Assembly (NCBI GenBank): GCA_951406725.2
Contig: OX597832.1
Location: 14,322,001-14,386,000, forward strand
DNA: 64,000 bases
Source: Octopus vulgaris
Taxonomy: Eukaryota
Direction: 5' to 3'
The notes under the pieces are model-generated. The model was not told where the DNA came from, ran no database searches, and saw only the letters and a list, made by a program, of their open reading frames with translations. This document shows positions 30,043 to 45,434 of this stretch, piece by piece (position 1 is the first letter of the stretch; the number at the start of each line of letters is the position of its first letter). The position numbers were made by a program, and so were the translations under genes.

Positions 30043-30817
30043 AGCCATATACACGTACAATCGCACACACATTGCATATATACATATATACATATATTTG
30101 TATTAGGAGTATTTACTAATAAGCGCACCTTAGATATGTATGTATAGATATTTATTTCAATGTTTGTGTGATATCCTTTACTACAACACTGACATTAATT
30201 AAAGAGGCGGTCAATAGATAAGCACATTTATTTTAGCAATAGAACGATTTAGATTGTGTTCGTATCATATTATAATACAATACCAGTAATGTAAATTATG
30301 TAATTATACCTATTTTTCACAACTTGGGGTCGATAATATTTAATTCTTTTAACTACTCTGTCATTTCACTCTAATACGACTTTTAGCCCAGAGTCTACCT
30401 CTATATTTACTGTTTACTTTATTAATATAATCCCTTTGGTGCTCATTTGTCATATTACTCTGTTTTCAGAGTCTATGTTTTGTCTGTAGAATTATAATTC
30501 TTCTTTCTACCCAGCTTTAACGAGTGCTAAGTTATAGTAATCTTCATTTCGATAAAATGTTTCAAATTCCTCTTGAAATATTTCTTACTAATTTATTTAT
30601 GACGCTTCTTGGATGATTACTATATCCATTTACACATTTTAAACTAGCATTTGGTTTCTGGCTTATATTTACATACTTTAAGATTTAAGTTAATACCTAT
30701 GAATTTGCCAGTGTTGTATGTATCGTTAAAGGTACGAGACTGAATATTAAAAATTAGTCGATAACTTATGAAGAATTACGGATCTCTTGTTGGTCTTCTG
30801 CTCGGTTTTATATTCAG

Positions 30818-32153
30818 TATACGGTATGTCCTTTATTTAGACATTTTTTTAATTTATCAAATAATGGAACACAACATAAATCGAATTTCTATTAACAAGT
30901 ATTTTTGTGGACTCGTGTGACTCTCTCTTTCCTACATTCCTTCCCCTTTTCTTTCTCTCACCCTCAAACTTCTATTCTAGCCTTTCTACTCACTCATTTT
31001 CTCTCTCTCTGTCTAGCATTCCTAGACTTTCTCATTCCCCATCATCCCTTACATTTATTTTCCTTTATGTTTTACGAAAGAAATGAAGAAGCATGCTGTT
31101 ATTGTTGTTATAAATGCTGACCATAGCAATTTCGAAATAACTCGGTTTTCAAAAGTTGCCAGACCTTTCGTCTACAAAGTTTATAAGGAGCTAGAGACTG
31201 AAGATCGAAATGTATTACCATTATCAAAGCATGAATGCATTTTAAAGGCTCTAAAGCAATTAGAGTACTTGAACTTTTCCAGCAAGTTCAACAGATCATT
31301 GATTACAATCCTAGAAAGTCCATTAGGTCAATTGCAAAACAATCTCCATGTGTCACAAGGAAAAGTCAGAGATGTTGTCCACGAAGACATCAGATATACG
31401 TCTCATATGATGATAACAGGTTAATTTGTCAGAAAAAGGAAACGAAAATCACTACATCAGATCAAAATCACTACATTAGATGTGAACAATCCAGTAGTAG
31501 GTGATTTGATTTGGTTTTACTCATACATGAATAACTGCGACCAAGATCAAAAAGTTAACTGAAAAAATGACAGATGGTAATGCACTGAAATTTTAAGTCT
31601 TATGCATTCAAAAATTCTTGCAGCTATCATGGCTTTAGGAGTTGTCAACAATGATATTTGATGTCTATTCACTTCTTTCCACAAGAGCTTAGAGTTATCT
31701 CTGCAACCTACATTGGAGGTCCTGGAAATAATTCTTTTGGCCTGGATATACACTTGGCAGTGGAAGGCCAATACGTGTTTCAGTAAGAAACTGTATTATC
31801 ACACATGGCGCTACTAACACTGGAATGGATGGCCGAACATTTTCATGATCACATAACTACTAACATTTGGCCTCCTATTTCCCTAGACCTCAGTCCACTG
31901 GAGCGTTGTTGAGAGAGAGAGAGAGGTCAATGTACGTGCCCATAACTGCAAAGCTTCTTTGAAAGCTGCCATAGTTGCATTTGTATAGTTGTTGTTGTAG
32001 CTGAAGGTGGCTTTATTGAACAACATTATAGAAAAGAATGTTTATTTTTCTCCTAATAGCATATTTTGAGTAACAAATTTATTATCTGTTATTACATTTC
32101 AGTTTTCTTATAAACATAAATCCGTCCTTAAATATCTTACGCGCCCTGCGGAT
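30818..32153 (+). pseudogene. Decayed Tc1/mariner-superfamily (maT/DD37D-like) transposon
   Basis: NPRKSIRSIAK HTH remnant, MALGVV, VFQ*ETVLSH and WPPISLDLSPLE motifs; multiple stops. Confidence 0.75.
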
Positions 32154-32236
<83 letters not shown>

Positions 32237-34108
32237 CTGAATTATGCAAACAATATATGTGCATGTGTGTACGCGAGCATATTTTTACTGAGTTGTCATT
32301 TATATCAAATTATAAAATATCGATTTAGTAAAGTATGGATGTTAATGTTATAAACAAAATCCATTGAATTTGATTAAACACGTACGTACAGGAATGAAAT
32401 TATATGAACGATGTCCTAGGATAATATATTTACCATCAGTCTATCCTTTCAATTTTGAATTTGGCCTCATCCCTTAAGCTAACTTTACAATCCAGTTCAC
32501 TTTCCTAATCTATTTCAAGGCTATCTGTCTTCCTTCTAAGGCTAGCTAATAATTAATTGCCCAACATCAATAGTATATACATTCTTTTCTTGGAACGTCG
32601 TCAAACCTTCATAAGCCTTACATGTATATGCAGGGACAAATTTGGGAAAAATTATTGAGAATGTTTCTATCTTATTTTAATATTGTACATGAAAGTATTT
32701 TGCCATTACTAGACATATTATGATTTACAACTTCAAAGAACATGTACAAATATTACACGGTGAATACGTGAACAGGCAATAAGCTTTTAAATTATATTGT
32801 ATAATATGCCTATTGTTCGTGTTTCATGTTGACAAAATCTTGGAAATTGAAATGACATTCCCTTAGAAACTCCATATAATTACTTGTTGAATAGAGCACC
32901 TCTTGCTTGTTGGAAGCATATTTTGCTTAATATTACCAATGAATTGAATCAAACGAATCGCAATGGTTTAACACGCAATTTTCTTTCTACCTTTGACTTT
33001 GTAATTACTGACCAAACATGTCCACTACATATAAACATTGATTCAGTTCATACATAAGATTTCATTTCCCACGTAATAGCAATGAACGTTTAACATACCT
33101 CTTCAAATATCCTCCTATATTTCGGTCTTACGATCCTCTTCGAAAAAATTCACCCCAAAATTTTATAAATGATACCACCCAAGCACATGAAAACAGGAAC
33201 ACATATACATATGTATAAAAGTATTTACGAGTAATTTTCTTCTCTGAAGATCTCTTTATTTGAGTATACATTACATTCACGAAATATTGAATATTGTGAG
33301 ACTGCAATAAATATTTATTAAATATATGGAGTTTCATCCAAAGGGGTTCAGCACTACTCATGTTTACTTTATTAATTCACTGGCATCTACTTGTAAAACA
33401 CGCTCGTTCGTATGTATATATGAGTGTGTATGTGTGTATACATATGTTGGTACTGAAGGGTTCGATTCAGTGTAGTGGGATTTTCTTCATTATCGTGGTA
33501 AATATCACAAACATTTCGTCTATCGCATGTTTCAGTTCCCACCCAGATATTTCAATACACAGCGCTTTCATTAGATTACAAACAACAATGAGTTGACTGC
33601 ATCGCACTTAATCTTTCTTATTTCTTACAAATTATATTCTGTCTTGTTTTAAATCATACCAACGAGAATTCGTAACGTGTTTATAAATGGACTGCTATTA
33701 GTGAATACGTAGCTACACTGTTATAAATTGCAATGCTTTTTAACAATATTACTGCTATCGTTTTGCACATATGCACTTTGTTGCCACTTGCAAAGCTAGA
33801 CGTCGACAGATTTTACATTAATTTGATGGTAGGTTTGTCGGAAAATACAATTATGTGTTGTTCCGTTACTTACATGACATCAATATTTCACTCGACTCTG
33901 TACAATGAAAGCTTTAGTAAATAAAGTAATCAGTAATGCGAAAGTATATTTTCCTCTTGTTTTGAACACGTCTACAACTAATAGATAATTCATTTTCTTT
34001 CTCTCTTGATTGTTAATGTTTAGTGTAAAGTTCGAGATTCAGGGGAAGAAACAGACGCTAAAATAGCCGTTTTTCACTATTCAAAACGTCTTACTATTTC
34101 AGTCAGTT

Positions 34109-34282
34109 AAGGCAGGTGCTAGCATAACCGTTAGCATAGCGGGCACAATTCTTAGTAGCATTTCGTCTCAATTCACGTTCTTAGTTCAATCTGCACCGCG
34201 GTCGAATTTGCCTTTCATCATTTCGGGGACTAGGGTTCACTAAACACCTGCCCCGCGATTATTGGCCTTCGGCCAAAATTTA
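34109..34282 (+). mobile_element. Diverged tRNA-derived SINE
   Basis: AAGGCAGGTGCTAGCATAACCGTTAGC...GGTCGAATTTGCCTTTCATC, same family as 1040-1404. Confidence 0.6.
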
Positions 34283-35800
34283 ATGCTGATATTTTAGTCA
34301 TAAATCAGTAAGCTATTATGATCTGTAAGTATAATTGAATAGGGAAGAAAGCCTTAACTATTTCCTCATTTTTAGGATGCGTTAACCAATGTTCTTATAT
34401 TGGACTTTATTTTATTAATTAATCATACCTGTTCCACCGAGATGCAAAAGTAGAAAAATATAGGAATAAAAATAGTAACTAATATTTTTTTCTTTACATT
34501 TCAAATATTTAATTTAAAATTGGCATTTGTCTTCTAATGTGATTTCAAGACCGTTTGGTTAAATTATTTGGTACATATAATTGCATCCCGAATAACACAC
34601 CAGCTTTCCCGCTACTGGATTGTTTGAAATAAAGTAGTTGAAAATTACTGTTACCATTATATATTGCAGAATTATATCTGTAATGTAGGCAGCATCTTAA
34701 TTATATGAACCATTTAGAGGGTTAGGGAACAAACCAATTATACAAGGAGTTACTTCTTTTAAAAATTATGCCTTATTATTTGTTAAAATTTTTGTAGGTT
34801 TGAATATTTACTATTACAACCTAATCTCGTAAATTACATACCTTGCGTAATTTATACCTACATATATTTTGATATACGTATATAAATTTTTAATTTTTAA
34901 TTCTTTTCATCAAAATCATTACAGTGCATTCCTTATGTAGACTTTCTTTGTATCTGTATGTATCGAAGCATATATACTGTTGTCTCTAAGGTTATACAGG
35001 ACATTTATAACAGAGAGGTAAAGCAGTATTGCATACACATTGTTTAAGCTAACCGCCCCAAAAACAGCTGTCAGACCTGTACCACAATAACTTTCAACTT
35101 TAAATTTCTGTATCTTTGTACTCTGTGTAAGTTTGCTCTGTTAATATATATAGCTAACTGTATATTTCAAATTCAATACTCTTCGTCTGAGAATGTTTAC
35201 TATTTTCTTTCTATCTATTTACATATATACATGTATATATATTGTTTGTATATGTTTCCCAAGCAGATAAATATACAAACTATATAAAGCAGATACATTA
35301 TATATATATATATATACATATAATGTAATATACACAGGCTTTAAATTTGAGCTATCACACGCCCATTGGAAATAGCAATGTTCGCTTCAAGTTTCCATAG
35401 CGTCATATGCGTTTCAAAGTGATCTACATGGCTGGTATTTGAGAAAATTCAACGTAAAAGGACGATCTAGGCCGTACTTTAATGTATCAGAAAGATCGAG
35501 GTCTTGTTTTGTCCAGAGACCCCTTATCCGTTTTCCTATGCAAGCCGTAATGAAATGCTGCATTCTATATCAGAAATCGTTATTTGACAACAAAAGTACC
35601 CAAATATGAGCGTCTTGAATTGAATTGGAAAACACCGCCCTGCCTGTGTTAGCAATATATCCGAAGAATTTTTATTTGTTACCCTTGAAATATATTTACG
35701 CCAATCATCCTAATTCTTATAAAAACTGAATTTTTGTATTCTTTATCTATTTTCCTATTCCTTGTATTTTCTGTACTTGTTTTCCTTGTTTTTTGTACAC

Positions 35801-35840
<40 letters not shown>

Positions 35841-36043
35841 TGAACATTTAAACACATAACAGGTATCCATCATAGGCTTCTTGACACGCTTGAAGGAACA
35901 GCCAAATTCCAAACCCCTATTAGGGATATACTTCGAAGGAAATGAAAAATAAAAACATTTATCATCTATCTCCTGGACCATGGTTTCTGATTTTTTAGCA
36001 AATAAAATAATTTGTTAGGCGAATAAATTGCACCAGGAGATAT

Positions 36044-36362
36044 TCTTTGTAAGACTAGTACTTATTCTATTGGTCTCTTTTGCCTAACCACTAAGTTATG
36101 AGGACATAAACACACCGACATCGGTTGTCATGCAATGTTGAGGGGGACAAACCCAAACAAACACATACACGCACGAACGCACGCACATACATCTATATAT
36201 ATATCGTGGAATTCTTTCTGTTTCCGTCAACTAAATCCACCCACAAGGCTTTGGTCTACCCGAGACTAGGGCAGAAGACATTTGGAGAAAATGCCAGTCA
36301 GTGGGACTGAACCCGGAACCATGTGGTTGGTAAGCAAGCTACTTTCTACACAGCTACTCCTA
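36044..36362 (-). mobile_element. tRNA-derived SINE (second family, CORE-like)
   Basis: Minus-strand head GGAGTAGCTGTGTAG...ACATGGTTCCGGGTTCAGTCCCACTG; 3' part matches the 16050 and 24770 fragments. Confidence 0.7.
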
Positions 36363-39177
36363 TATGTGTGTATGTGTGTGTTTGTGTTTGTGTGCTTGCG
36401 TGTGTGTTTGTGCGTGTGTGTCTGTGTATTTATTTTTATACCATCTGATATTCGACATTAGAATATATTTCAAGTTTCAAAAGGGAAATTCCAACATATT
36501 GCTCGAACCTGATAAGTTATCGATTGGCCGGTTACTGATTATGTCTTACGTCGCACAACATTTGCGTCACTAGCTCTCTTCAGTGAATTATTTAAACGAA
36601 TATTTTCTTTCAAGTCTCCTTTGTATACCCTCAAGGAAATTGCATTCTTCACAGACATTTGCCAGTCATTGAGAACTCACAAACAAGCTAATATAGAAAT
36701 ATCCGACATACTCATTTGATGTTTTGGAAAGGAATTTATACAAAGAATACGAAAACATTAATGATAACATTTTAGCATTTCATATCATGACCAATGTTAC
36801 GGAATATAGATATATGAAGATTAATTTACCACAAATTTGCTCAGTGATTGCGAGGAAAAAATAAGAAAGATATTTGTCTCTTACACTTGTTACTTAGCGT
36901 CCATTTGCTATGATATTTTTGAATGTTTTTTTTTCAGCAGACATAATATGATTATTTTAGAAGTATAGCCAGTGTTATACTACGCTCTGCACTGATTTCT
37001 TTCGCCTATGAAAATCAAAATGATTTGATTTCACAGGGTCTTTGGCTGATATGCGCAGCAAATTTAAGAAAACTCTTGATGCGAAGTTCTTGATAATGCG
37101 CTTTGACAGGACACACACATGAAATAAAGTGTTAAGTAGTTATGGTATGCTAATTATAAACTCCTATGCACTGAAGCAACTGGGTCTGTTGTGTATGTAA
37201 ACAGATTGGCACATCATTTCTTCGGGATTGTTCAAGTGTTGTAGACAACTCTGGTAAAACACCAATAAATGCTGAAAATCAGTTAAGTCTGCTCATCGTT
37301 TTTGTTCATGCTGCAGAGAAATAGCTAATATGGTCAAACTCACACGCACAGAGGTGTGCTCTCATACGCAATAACACATATATTTATGTGGAAAGCAAAT
37401 TGACATATGCAAGCATATATATTTGTATATTACATGGGAAAATGCGGGCAAGAGAAATAATATTCTTAAGATTATAAACTTGGAAATGTACAGGACATGT
37501 TATTACACCTGATAAAGTACAGAACAAGAATTTTTTTACCTAAAATATTGCAGCAGCAAGGACAACATTTCGAATAAAATATTTAGATGTAGAAAATATT
37601 AAATTCTGTTATAACTAACATATTTATGACAACTCATTACTTGTATTTATTATTACTTCTATTAAAACGGAAAAAATAACTTTAAATATGTTTTGAACTT
37701 TAAAAATATTCATTTTTTTTTCATTATTAGTTAAATAGAAGTTTTGAAAATAGGTTGTAAAAATAACAGCAGCATATACTTAATACAATAAATGGAATAA
37801 TACTAAATTTAGTTATATATTATAGTAAAGTCTACCTGTAATGTCAAATTTACAATAGAATTTGCTTGGGTAACTGCCTATGTTTTTGCCAAGTCGTCTC
37901 ATTTTTAGACTTGACCTATTTTTGTACGTATTGAGCTATTTTTTACATAAGGAATTTGCCTACCATCTATACTATTATACTTAGCATAAAACTGTAGCGA
38001 CATTGGTACTAGTGGCTCTCATTTTTTAAGTAATCTAGTGTGTCAACATTTTAACAGAATAATGGTAGGTTTTTTAAAATTAAAATGTTACTTGCTAAAT
38101 TAAAATCAAATAATTTCTAATATTCAAATTTTATCCGTAGCTGCAATATTTTAGGTAAAACCTTTCTTTTTACGTACTATACTAGAGGTAATAACTTGAT
38201 CTGTGCCTTTTCAGGTTCATCCTCTTCAGAATATTATTTCTCATGATCGCATTTTTCTATGTAATCCATGTTTTTATTCCTGACTATGCTACTATGCTAA
38301 TTAATAATGTGTCAATTAATAATTTAAGATTTAATGTATCGAACATTACTTCAATGATATCGCTGACATATATTAAAATTCCTGTATAGAACTATATGAA
38401 ATGTATATAACTAGATTATCACCTTCAAAGTTGAGAAACAAACCCCTTTTTTCTTTTAAAACTTCGTTTTCTCCTCAGATACTACGCGACCCTGTTTACA
38501 TGATAAAACTGCATTAATTAATACAGATGACGTAATTAAGTACTTGAAAATTAGCGATATCGTTGATAATTTTTCTTTACCTTAATGACACATATTAAAA
38601 GTCGACTTATAGAACTATATGCATAAAAATGTATAGAACTATATTATACCCTTCACATTTAGGAAACAAACATTCATAACTTGTTTTCTTTCGAAACTTT
38701 ATTGCATGAGATTGATACCATGAAATTTCTCGATTTGAGCTCTATGATTTAAGCTAAATTAAAATAGTGTTTCTTTTTAAAAGAAAAGAATAATCATATT
38801 GAAATCCAATTTTTTGCTTTACTTATATATTTTTCATAATATTTTACCTCACGTCTATTTTGATAGAGATTTATTTTGCATGGCGGCAAAAGTAGGAAAT
38901 TGTTGATGATTTCTTCTTTATTTTGAAAAAAAATGTTGTTTGGAAGCGTTACTTATTCACCTTAAGCGTTTCCACAATTTTTTTCTATTGGACCAAATCT
39001 CAATTTCTTTATGCCAAAATGTAGCTTGGGTTCATTCTTCTTCAAACTTGGATAAAACCTGAATTAGCAACTAAGCTCTGAAGATGCTGCGTGAGAGTAA
39101 ATTGCGTCCTTTAGGATATTATTCAACAACTACATTAGTTGAATGATATGCGTGTCAGTAATGTGGAAGTGTGTGTG

Positions 39178-39226
<49 letters not shown>

Positions 39227-40304
39227 TTGTGTGTGTATGTGTGTGCACCTGTCCCTTGACAGTGCTTCAGCTCATATCCTTCACGCTAATAATTTAGTAC
39301 TAATCATCTCCCTAGAAACAGATTATTTAATTAAATTCATTTCAGTTTCAGCAGTTGCATGTGTTAATATCGATTTCGTCTTCTCAGTTGTACATTGATG
39401 GATGTTATTTGACAGCTTGATGATAAGTAAAATCCTAGCCGTGTTATATATTTCCGAAAATGAGCTTGTTCTCCTGTGTATTTCTGTAGAGATACAACAA
39501 TTTTCATAAAACTATTAGTTTCTGAATTTGCAAAATATATATAGGCTAAGAACTTGGCGATTCATAACTTCGGCATCTTCATAATGTATTCAAAAGTTAC
39601 AATGAATCTTCACATAATCGTATATGAAGACTAATTATGTATAAAACATTATATTACACGTGATTGAAACTTGACACATACTTTTAAAGACCCCTATACA
39701 TACATACATACATACATCTATATATATATATATATATATATATGCATAGACACGTATGAATTCCTGTATGTAATTATGCATGTATTGATTTAGATATATG
39801 TATACACGTGTATGTGTGCGTGAGTATAGGTTTTTCGAGATATCTTCATTAGTGTGAAAAGCCATCCGTGCAGGTGGGTGTGTGAATGTGCGTGTCATTT
39901 CAAGGCAAATGGTTTGTGGTTTTCCTAACAATTGCTCCTTGATTACTAAAATACGTGTATCATTTGCTGATTTGCTCTACTAACAACTAACAAACGTTCA
40001 TAGAATAATATTCATCAATAAGGGGCGAAAACAACTGAACTAATTTCATGGCGACATTTAGTTATCAATGGCCAATAATGGTATTTCAGCTATACTAATA
40101 CACCCTTCATAAATATTTATGCAAGCGTTATGGAATTATTAACAAATGTATGAATGGTGAATATAAATTCATAACATCCCGTCAAACACAATTGCACGTG
40201 CAGATGAATTTATGAACATCATGTTATTAAGACTGCTATCCAACTGTTTAACAGATTTTGAATGGAATGATAATGAATATACATACATACATATATATAT
40301 ATAC

Positions 40305-40368
<64 letters not shown>

Positions 40369-40954
40369 GACAGAGAGAGTTGGAGAAACATATGATGGGA
40401 AATCGAATTCCCATACTTTATTTAAAATCACTACAATTGTTCTAATACATTCTTATACCTTGTAGTACACAGGTGAGCTATTGTGCAATCATTCTCTTAC
40501 ATTCAAGGTATAAAATGCCCCTCCTCGGTTATGATTGTTTGAATACGTTCTTCAGGTGATGCTCTCACTATTTCACACAATATGATAATGTATACACTGA
40601 ATTATGATTTTATTCCAGCTGGTTTACGGACAACAAGCTTCGTCTAAACTACTGGGCGATTAAGTCAAAATCTCGTGCGGAGTTCTCACAGAACAAGGAC
40701 GGAAAACTTTAGCAACAATGTCTTTCATTTTGCGGCTTTTGAAACATACTCTCAGAGGATGTTCCCTTCTGCAATTCTTCCAAGCCAGCTCCATGGTATA
40801 ATGTACAGCTGTATGAAAGAAATGTCAAGAAAACATGGACAGTGAAGTCATAAACCTTGACCTATAGCTGTCTGGTATTTAAAATATTATTAATATTCTC
40901 TCTGTAAAAACCGCACATCTCCGAACACTAATAATACTTTTCCAAACTATTCCA

Positions 40955-41135
40955 GCGGTAAGCTGGCAGAATCTTATGAAGAGTGAGCAAACTGCTTAGC
41001 GTAACGACATATCATCTATCGTTACGTTCTGAGTTCAAAATCCACCGAGTTTGACTTTATCATTTCTCGTTTGGGGGTCGATTAAATAAGTGCGAGTTGA
41101 GAACTGGGGCTAATTACTGGCCTCGTGCGAGTAAA
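40955..41135 (+). mobile_element. Diverged tRNA-derived SINE
   Basis: GCGGTAAGCTGGCAGAATC...TTACGTTCTGAGTTCAAAATCCACCGAG. Confidence 0.65.
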
Positions 41136-41289
41136 CAATAACCAATATTACTGTATCAAACTTTAAAACACTGTAGCTGAGAAGTAAGCACCCTGCCCAC
41201 ATGATATTTGGTTCTGTCGCACCTTAAGGTAACTTTTGGGTTTCCCACAATAGCCATCTCGATTTTATAAATTATAAAACTTTTATTTT

Positions 41290-42381
41290 AAGTTTTAATT
41301 TAATATATATAATTTTGAAAACTTAGTAATATGTAAGATAAAAACTATAATAAGAGGGTAAAGACACCACTTCTTATTATGCATATCCATCCAAATTTCC
41401 TTGAGTGATGTTTCTTTTGTACTGTAGATGGTGTTTCTTATCTAATTTAATGATTATTACTATCTCTTTTTCAGATCGTAGTATAAATTAAGCTAAGATG
41501 CGTGACATAACTGAGTTTGAAAAAAGGAAAATTGTTGGAGCTCGGATAGCAGGAGCTTTCTTCACCAGAAAAGCTGAACACCTAGGAGGAGGATTAAGTC
41601 CCGCAGGACATCGAAGACACCGACGAGTTTCGAATTGTATTGTCACTGGAAAACTGTTCCTAAAGTGAGTGCAGATGTGAATCAACATCTGACTAGGCCA
41701 GGTTCGACGAAAACAGTTCACCGAGAACTCAATAAACGCGGATATCATGGTAGATCCGCTTTTAGGAAACCTCTGCTTCCTCATCAAAACATTCAAAAAA
41801 TGTAGAACTAGTGTGGTGATCACTAGGGCTGGTCGACCGACCAATAAACACAAATAATATACTCCGATAAGACCAACTTTTCACTTTTTTCCACACTGCA
41901 GGTTGAATTCATGTGTGGAGTGAGCCCGGTAGATACTTTTCATCTTGACTGCTTTCTTCCTACAGTGAATTGCGGAGGAGGGTCTGTGATTGTTTCGGCA
42001 GTCATTTTTTGCAATTCTCTGGTTCCAATCGTTACAATGATTATCTGAATATTTTGGGAAATCAAGTCCTTTCCATGGTCCCGGCATCGTTTCATGCTCA
42101 TGAATGCGGTTTCCAAGATGACAATGCCAAAATACTTACCTCTCATATGGTTAAGAATCGCTATGAAAAGTATAGTTGCGAGGTACAACACATGGAGTTG
42201 CCTCCTCAATCTACAGATCTTATTATGGCTCAAGATTCCTCTCAATGAAGTTAAGAAGCTGGATGAATGAATTTCTAGTTGCATCGAAGCTGTTCAGAAA
42301 CCAAATGTATGACCAACTCCATATTAAATAAATATTCATTTAATTTAACACGTGTTCCAATTATTTTGTCCAACCTCTGTT
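41290..42381 (+). pseudogene. Decayed Tc1 transposon
   Basis: MRDITEFEKRKIVGARIAGA N-terminus, FQDDNA and LPPQSTDL motifs; TIR-like end TTTTGTCCAACCTCTGT. Confidence 0.8.
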
Positions 42382-42491
42382 TATATGTATATTTATATAC
42401 GTATTTATGTACGTGTGCATGTATGTTTGTGTGTGTGTGTGAGTGTGTCTGAGCCGGTTTGTGTGTATATGTGTGCCCATGTGTATGTATA

Positions 42492-42840
42492 TACAAGGTA
42501 TACCAGAAAGGTTTACGATTTGATATTTCTTGATTATTCAAAATTAACTTAAGTTAGGATAATGAAATTTGGCAGACACTTTCTCATGTAAATAGTCAGT
42601 CCACTGCATTAATTACTTTTCAAAATGACGATTTTTTCCCTTCATCACAGCGTGAAAACTTGTGGCCTCTTAGTTGCGAGTGCTGTACCACCCTTTCATC
42701 CAATTTCAACCATTGAGACAGAATAGATTTCTTCGGATCTGACATATTTGAATAGTAGTGTGCAGATATATTCCTTTCTAAGATGGACCTGATAGCAAAG
42801 TCAATCGGATTCACGCCTGGATTTTAGGGAATCTATATTG
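42492..42840 (-). pseudogene. Tc1/mariner 3' fragment
   Basis: MNPIDFAIRSILE...LSQWLKLDE resembles DLNPLDFAIWSILE. Confidence 0.6.
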
Positions 42841-42945
42841 GTTTCTCCCCCAATCCGGTGAAATGCTTTTTTCATGACCTCTGTGACAAATTCGATCTGT
42901 GGACGGGAGACCTGTCTTGATTGGAGATGAAATAGTAACCAAACG

Positions 42946-43019
<74 letters not shown>

Positions 43020-43660
43020 ATCTCTTCTCCTTTCCATTAACTCCTCTTTTGTTAATGAGTACTGGCTGAATTGTATTTACATGAAATAAATTTGATCGTT
43101 TGATTTTTACAGTTCCATGTCTTTACATTCGAAATGTGGAGTTAGGTTTCTACGTCATTGCATTCGAATTATGAGATTTTAACTTACACGTCATTATTCA
43201 CTCGCGTATCTTTCTTGCAACTTGTTAATAACATATATATGTAATATCTAGTAACATGTTTCGATATGAAAATATGTTTTTAAATCAATATTATAACTAT
43301 GTGGAGAAAACTGTGAAATGTCAGTAGATGTAATAACTAGTAATACTTTTTTTACCCAACAGACAAATTGCCACTGGGACATCAAGATAGAAAATTCAAT
43401 CTGTAGAGTTAGTATAATTAAATGTGCCCAACTATAAACACATGCAGAATAAAAAGCCAACTCCTTTGCTTTTACATTAAATGCAGCTGAAATTGCCTGA
43501 AAACTTTTGATGAAACTTACCTGGGGTTTTGTTTCGTTATTTACTCTAAATGAAACAAATCACTCTAAAAGAAAGGTTGCACTTCCAGGTGTATTGTCTT
43601 TAATGCATAATGTACATAAAATACAGTTGAACTCCACTTGCTCGAAGATAATTTGCATAT

Positions 43661-44400
43661 ATACAAGGTGTTCCGTATAACATTTTACAGAATGATGAAA
43701 AGAAAAGAAAACAAAATATTCGATTCAAACAGAAACGTCAACCGCCACAGCTTCAAAACATGTGTAGAATCTAGAGCATACGTTTCACCCTATGAACCTG
43801 GGAAGATTTTGAAAATCCTCCTTGGTCTTGATCAACAGCTAGGACATTGTTTTGTATTCATGATAGTCCAAAAGATTAAAATTTCAGGAATTAGGGAGTT
43901 AGAAATTTAGACTGGAGAAGCCCTATAGATTCTCAGACACATTCTGGTTACCACCGGTGGTATGGAAAGAATCTAATTCCTGCTGCTACACATATGATCT
44001 TCCCTATCCACCCAGAATTTGACCATACTCTCCAACAGCTACACTTAAGTGTCTTAACTGAGACTAATGCCCTATCAAAAGATGTGGTTATGAATTCCGA
44101 CCTTCAGATGCCGTCAGGACGGCGGCTGTGTTCAGTACTGAAAGCTAATGCTTCGAAGACATCGTTGCAGCTGCCTATAGTACGTCTTATGACATTCATG
44201 TTCAGTTTTCACAGAAAGGTGAACAGCAGTCTTGATGCCCGCATCTTGATGTTCATCGCAGATCATTATGATAGAGGTGAAGCTTTTCCAACATGTAGAT
44301 GCCTCAATGTACTCCCTACTAAATCTTTAAATTTATACTCTCCATCGTCTTTGATTTTCATAAAGCTGTTCGTCAATTTTAGTCAGAAAAGCCTCTATAC
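43661..44400 (-). pseudogene. Decayed Tc1/mariner (DD37D-like) element
   Basis: TACAAGGTG TIR-like end; WPPSSPDLNPLD-like remnant near 43890-43930 on the minus strand. Confidence 0.5.
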
Positions 44401-45367
44401 ATAATAGACACTCGCATACATCTCTATTACTCTCAGCACCTATACATACATTGACAAAGAATAAATTGAAAGAGCAGATTATATATGTCGTAACTAACGG
44501 CCAAATAAAAATACGAGACAAATATGATTTTCTAATTGTATTGCTCAGTATCCTTATTCCATAATGTATAGTACGTATATGCTCTCTTTGTACAAGTTTT
44601 GTATTTATGAGATTTAAGTACCCATATATAGGAAATTTATTGAAATAGAGTGTGTAATATTGTCAACCTATGTAGTGCATTCATTATTCTTGATAGAATA
44701 TAATGCATTCATTCATACGTACACACAATTTTGCTGACAAAATAGATGAACTTTTAGTTTGCATTATATAAGTGTGTTTCTCGCAACGGTGAATTATACG
44801 CATGGCATTTACCTGTGAGCTGTGTGATATGGAATTAAATGTACACCGAGATAAAACGAATGATATAGCAACTGATTTGGAAAGAAGGGAATGTTTGTAT
44901 AGGATGTAGCTTTGTGACATTATCTACATGCATATATTGATAGTAGATTCGTTCCAAATACTGTTGTACGCTGTATACTGCCCAAATCCCACTCCATTAC
45001 TGAACCGTTCTAGTGTTAAAATCTATTAGATTACACTGGTAGATAGGTCTATGAAGCATAACTTTATATTTTATTATATACAAACAGCCTATACAAATAT
45101 CGTAATATCTCCAATGCCGTAGTAATTTATGTCGTATATAATGTATTTCATAAAATATAAAGTCACTATAATTCCAAGGTACTGCATGCAGTCAATATAT
45201 GACTCTATTTCAACATACGTATAACTAGTGCTACACATATTGTAGGAGAGGAAGAATTGGACATAGAAACCTATAATAAATAGTATATAGGATGAGGAAC
45301 AAAGAAAGTATGATTGAGGCTGCTTTGAGCAATATATTCAGAATTGTAAATCATACATTGAACACCG

Positions 45368-45434
<67 letters not shown>

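Noticed and set aside
32300-39150. Possible host exons in the repeat-poor stretch
   Set aside because: No ORF with recognisable protein similarity, and splice sites cannot be assigned without transcript data.
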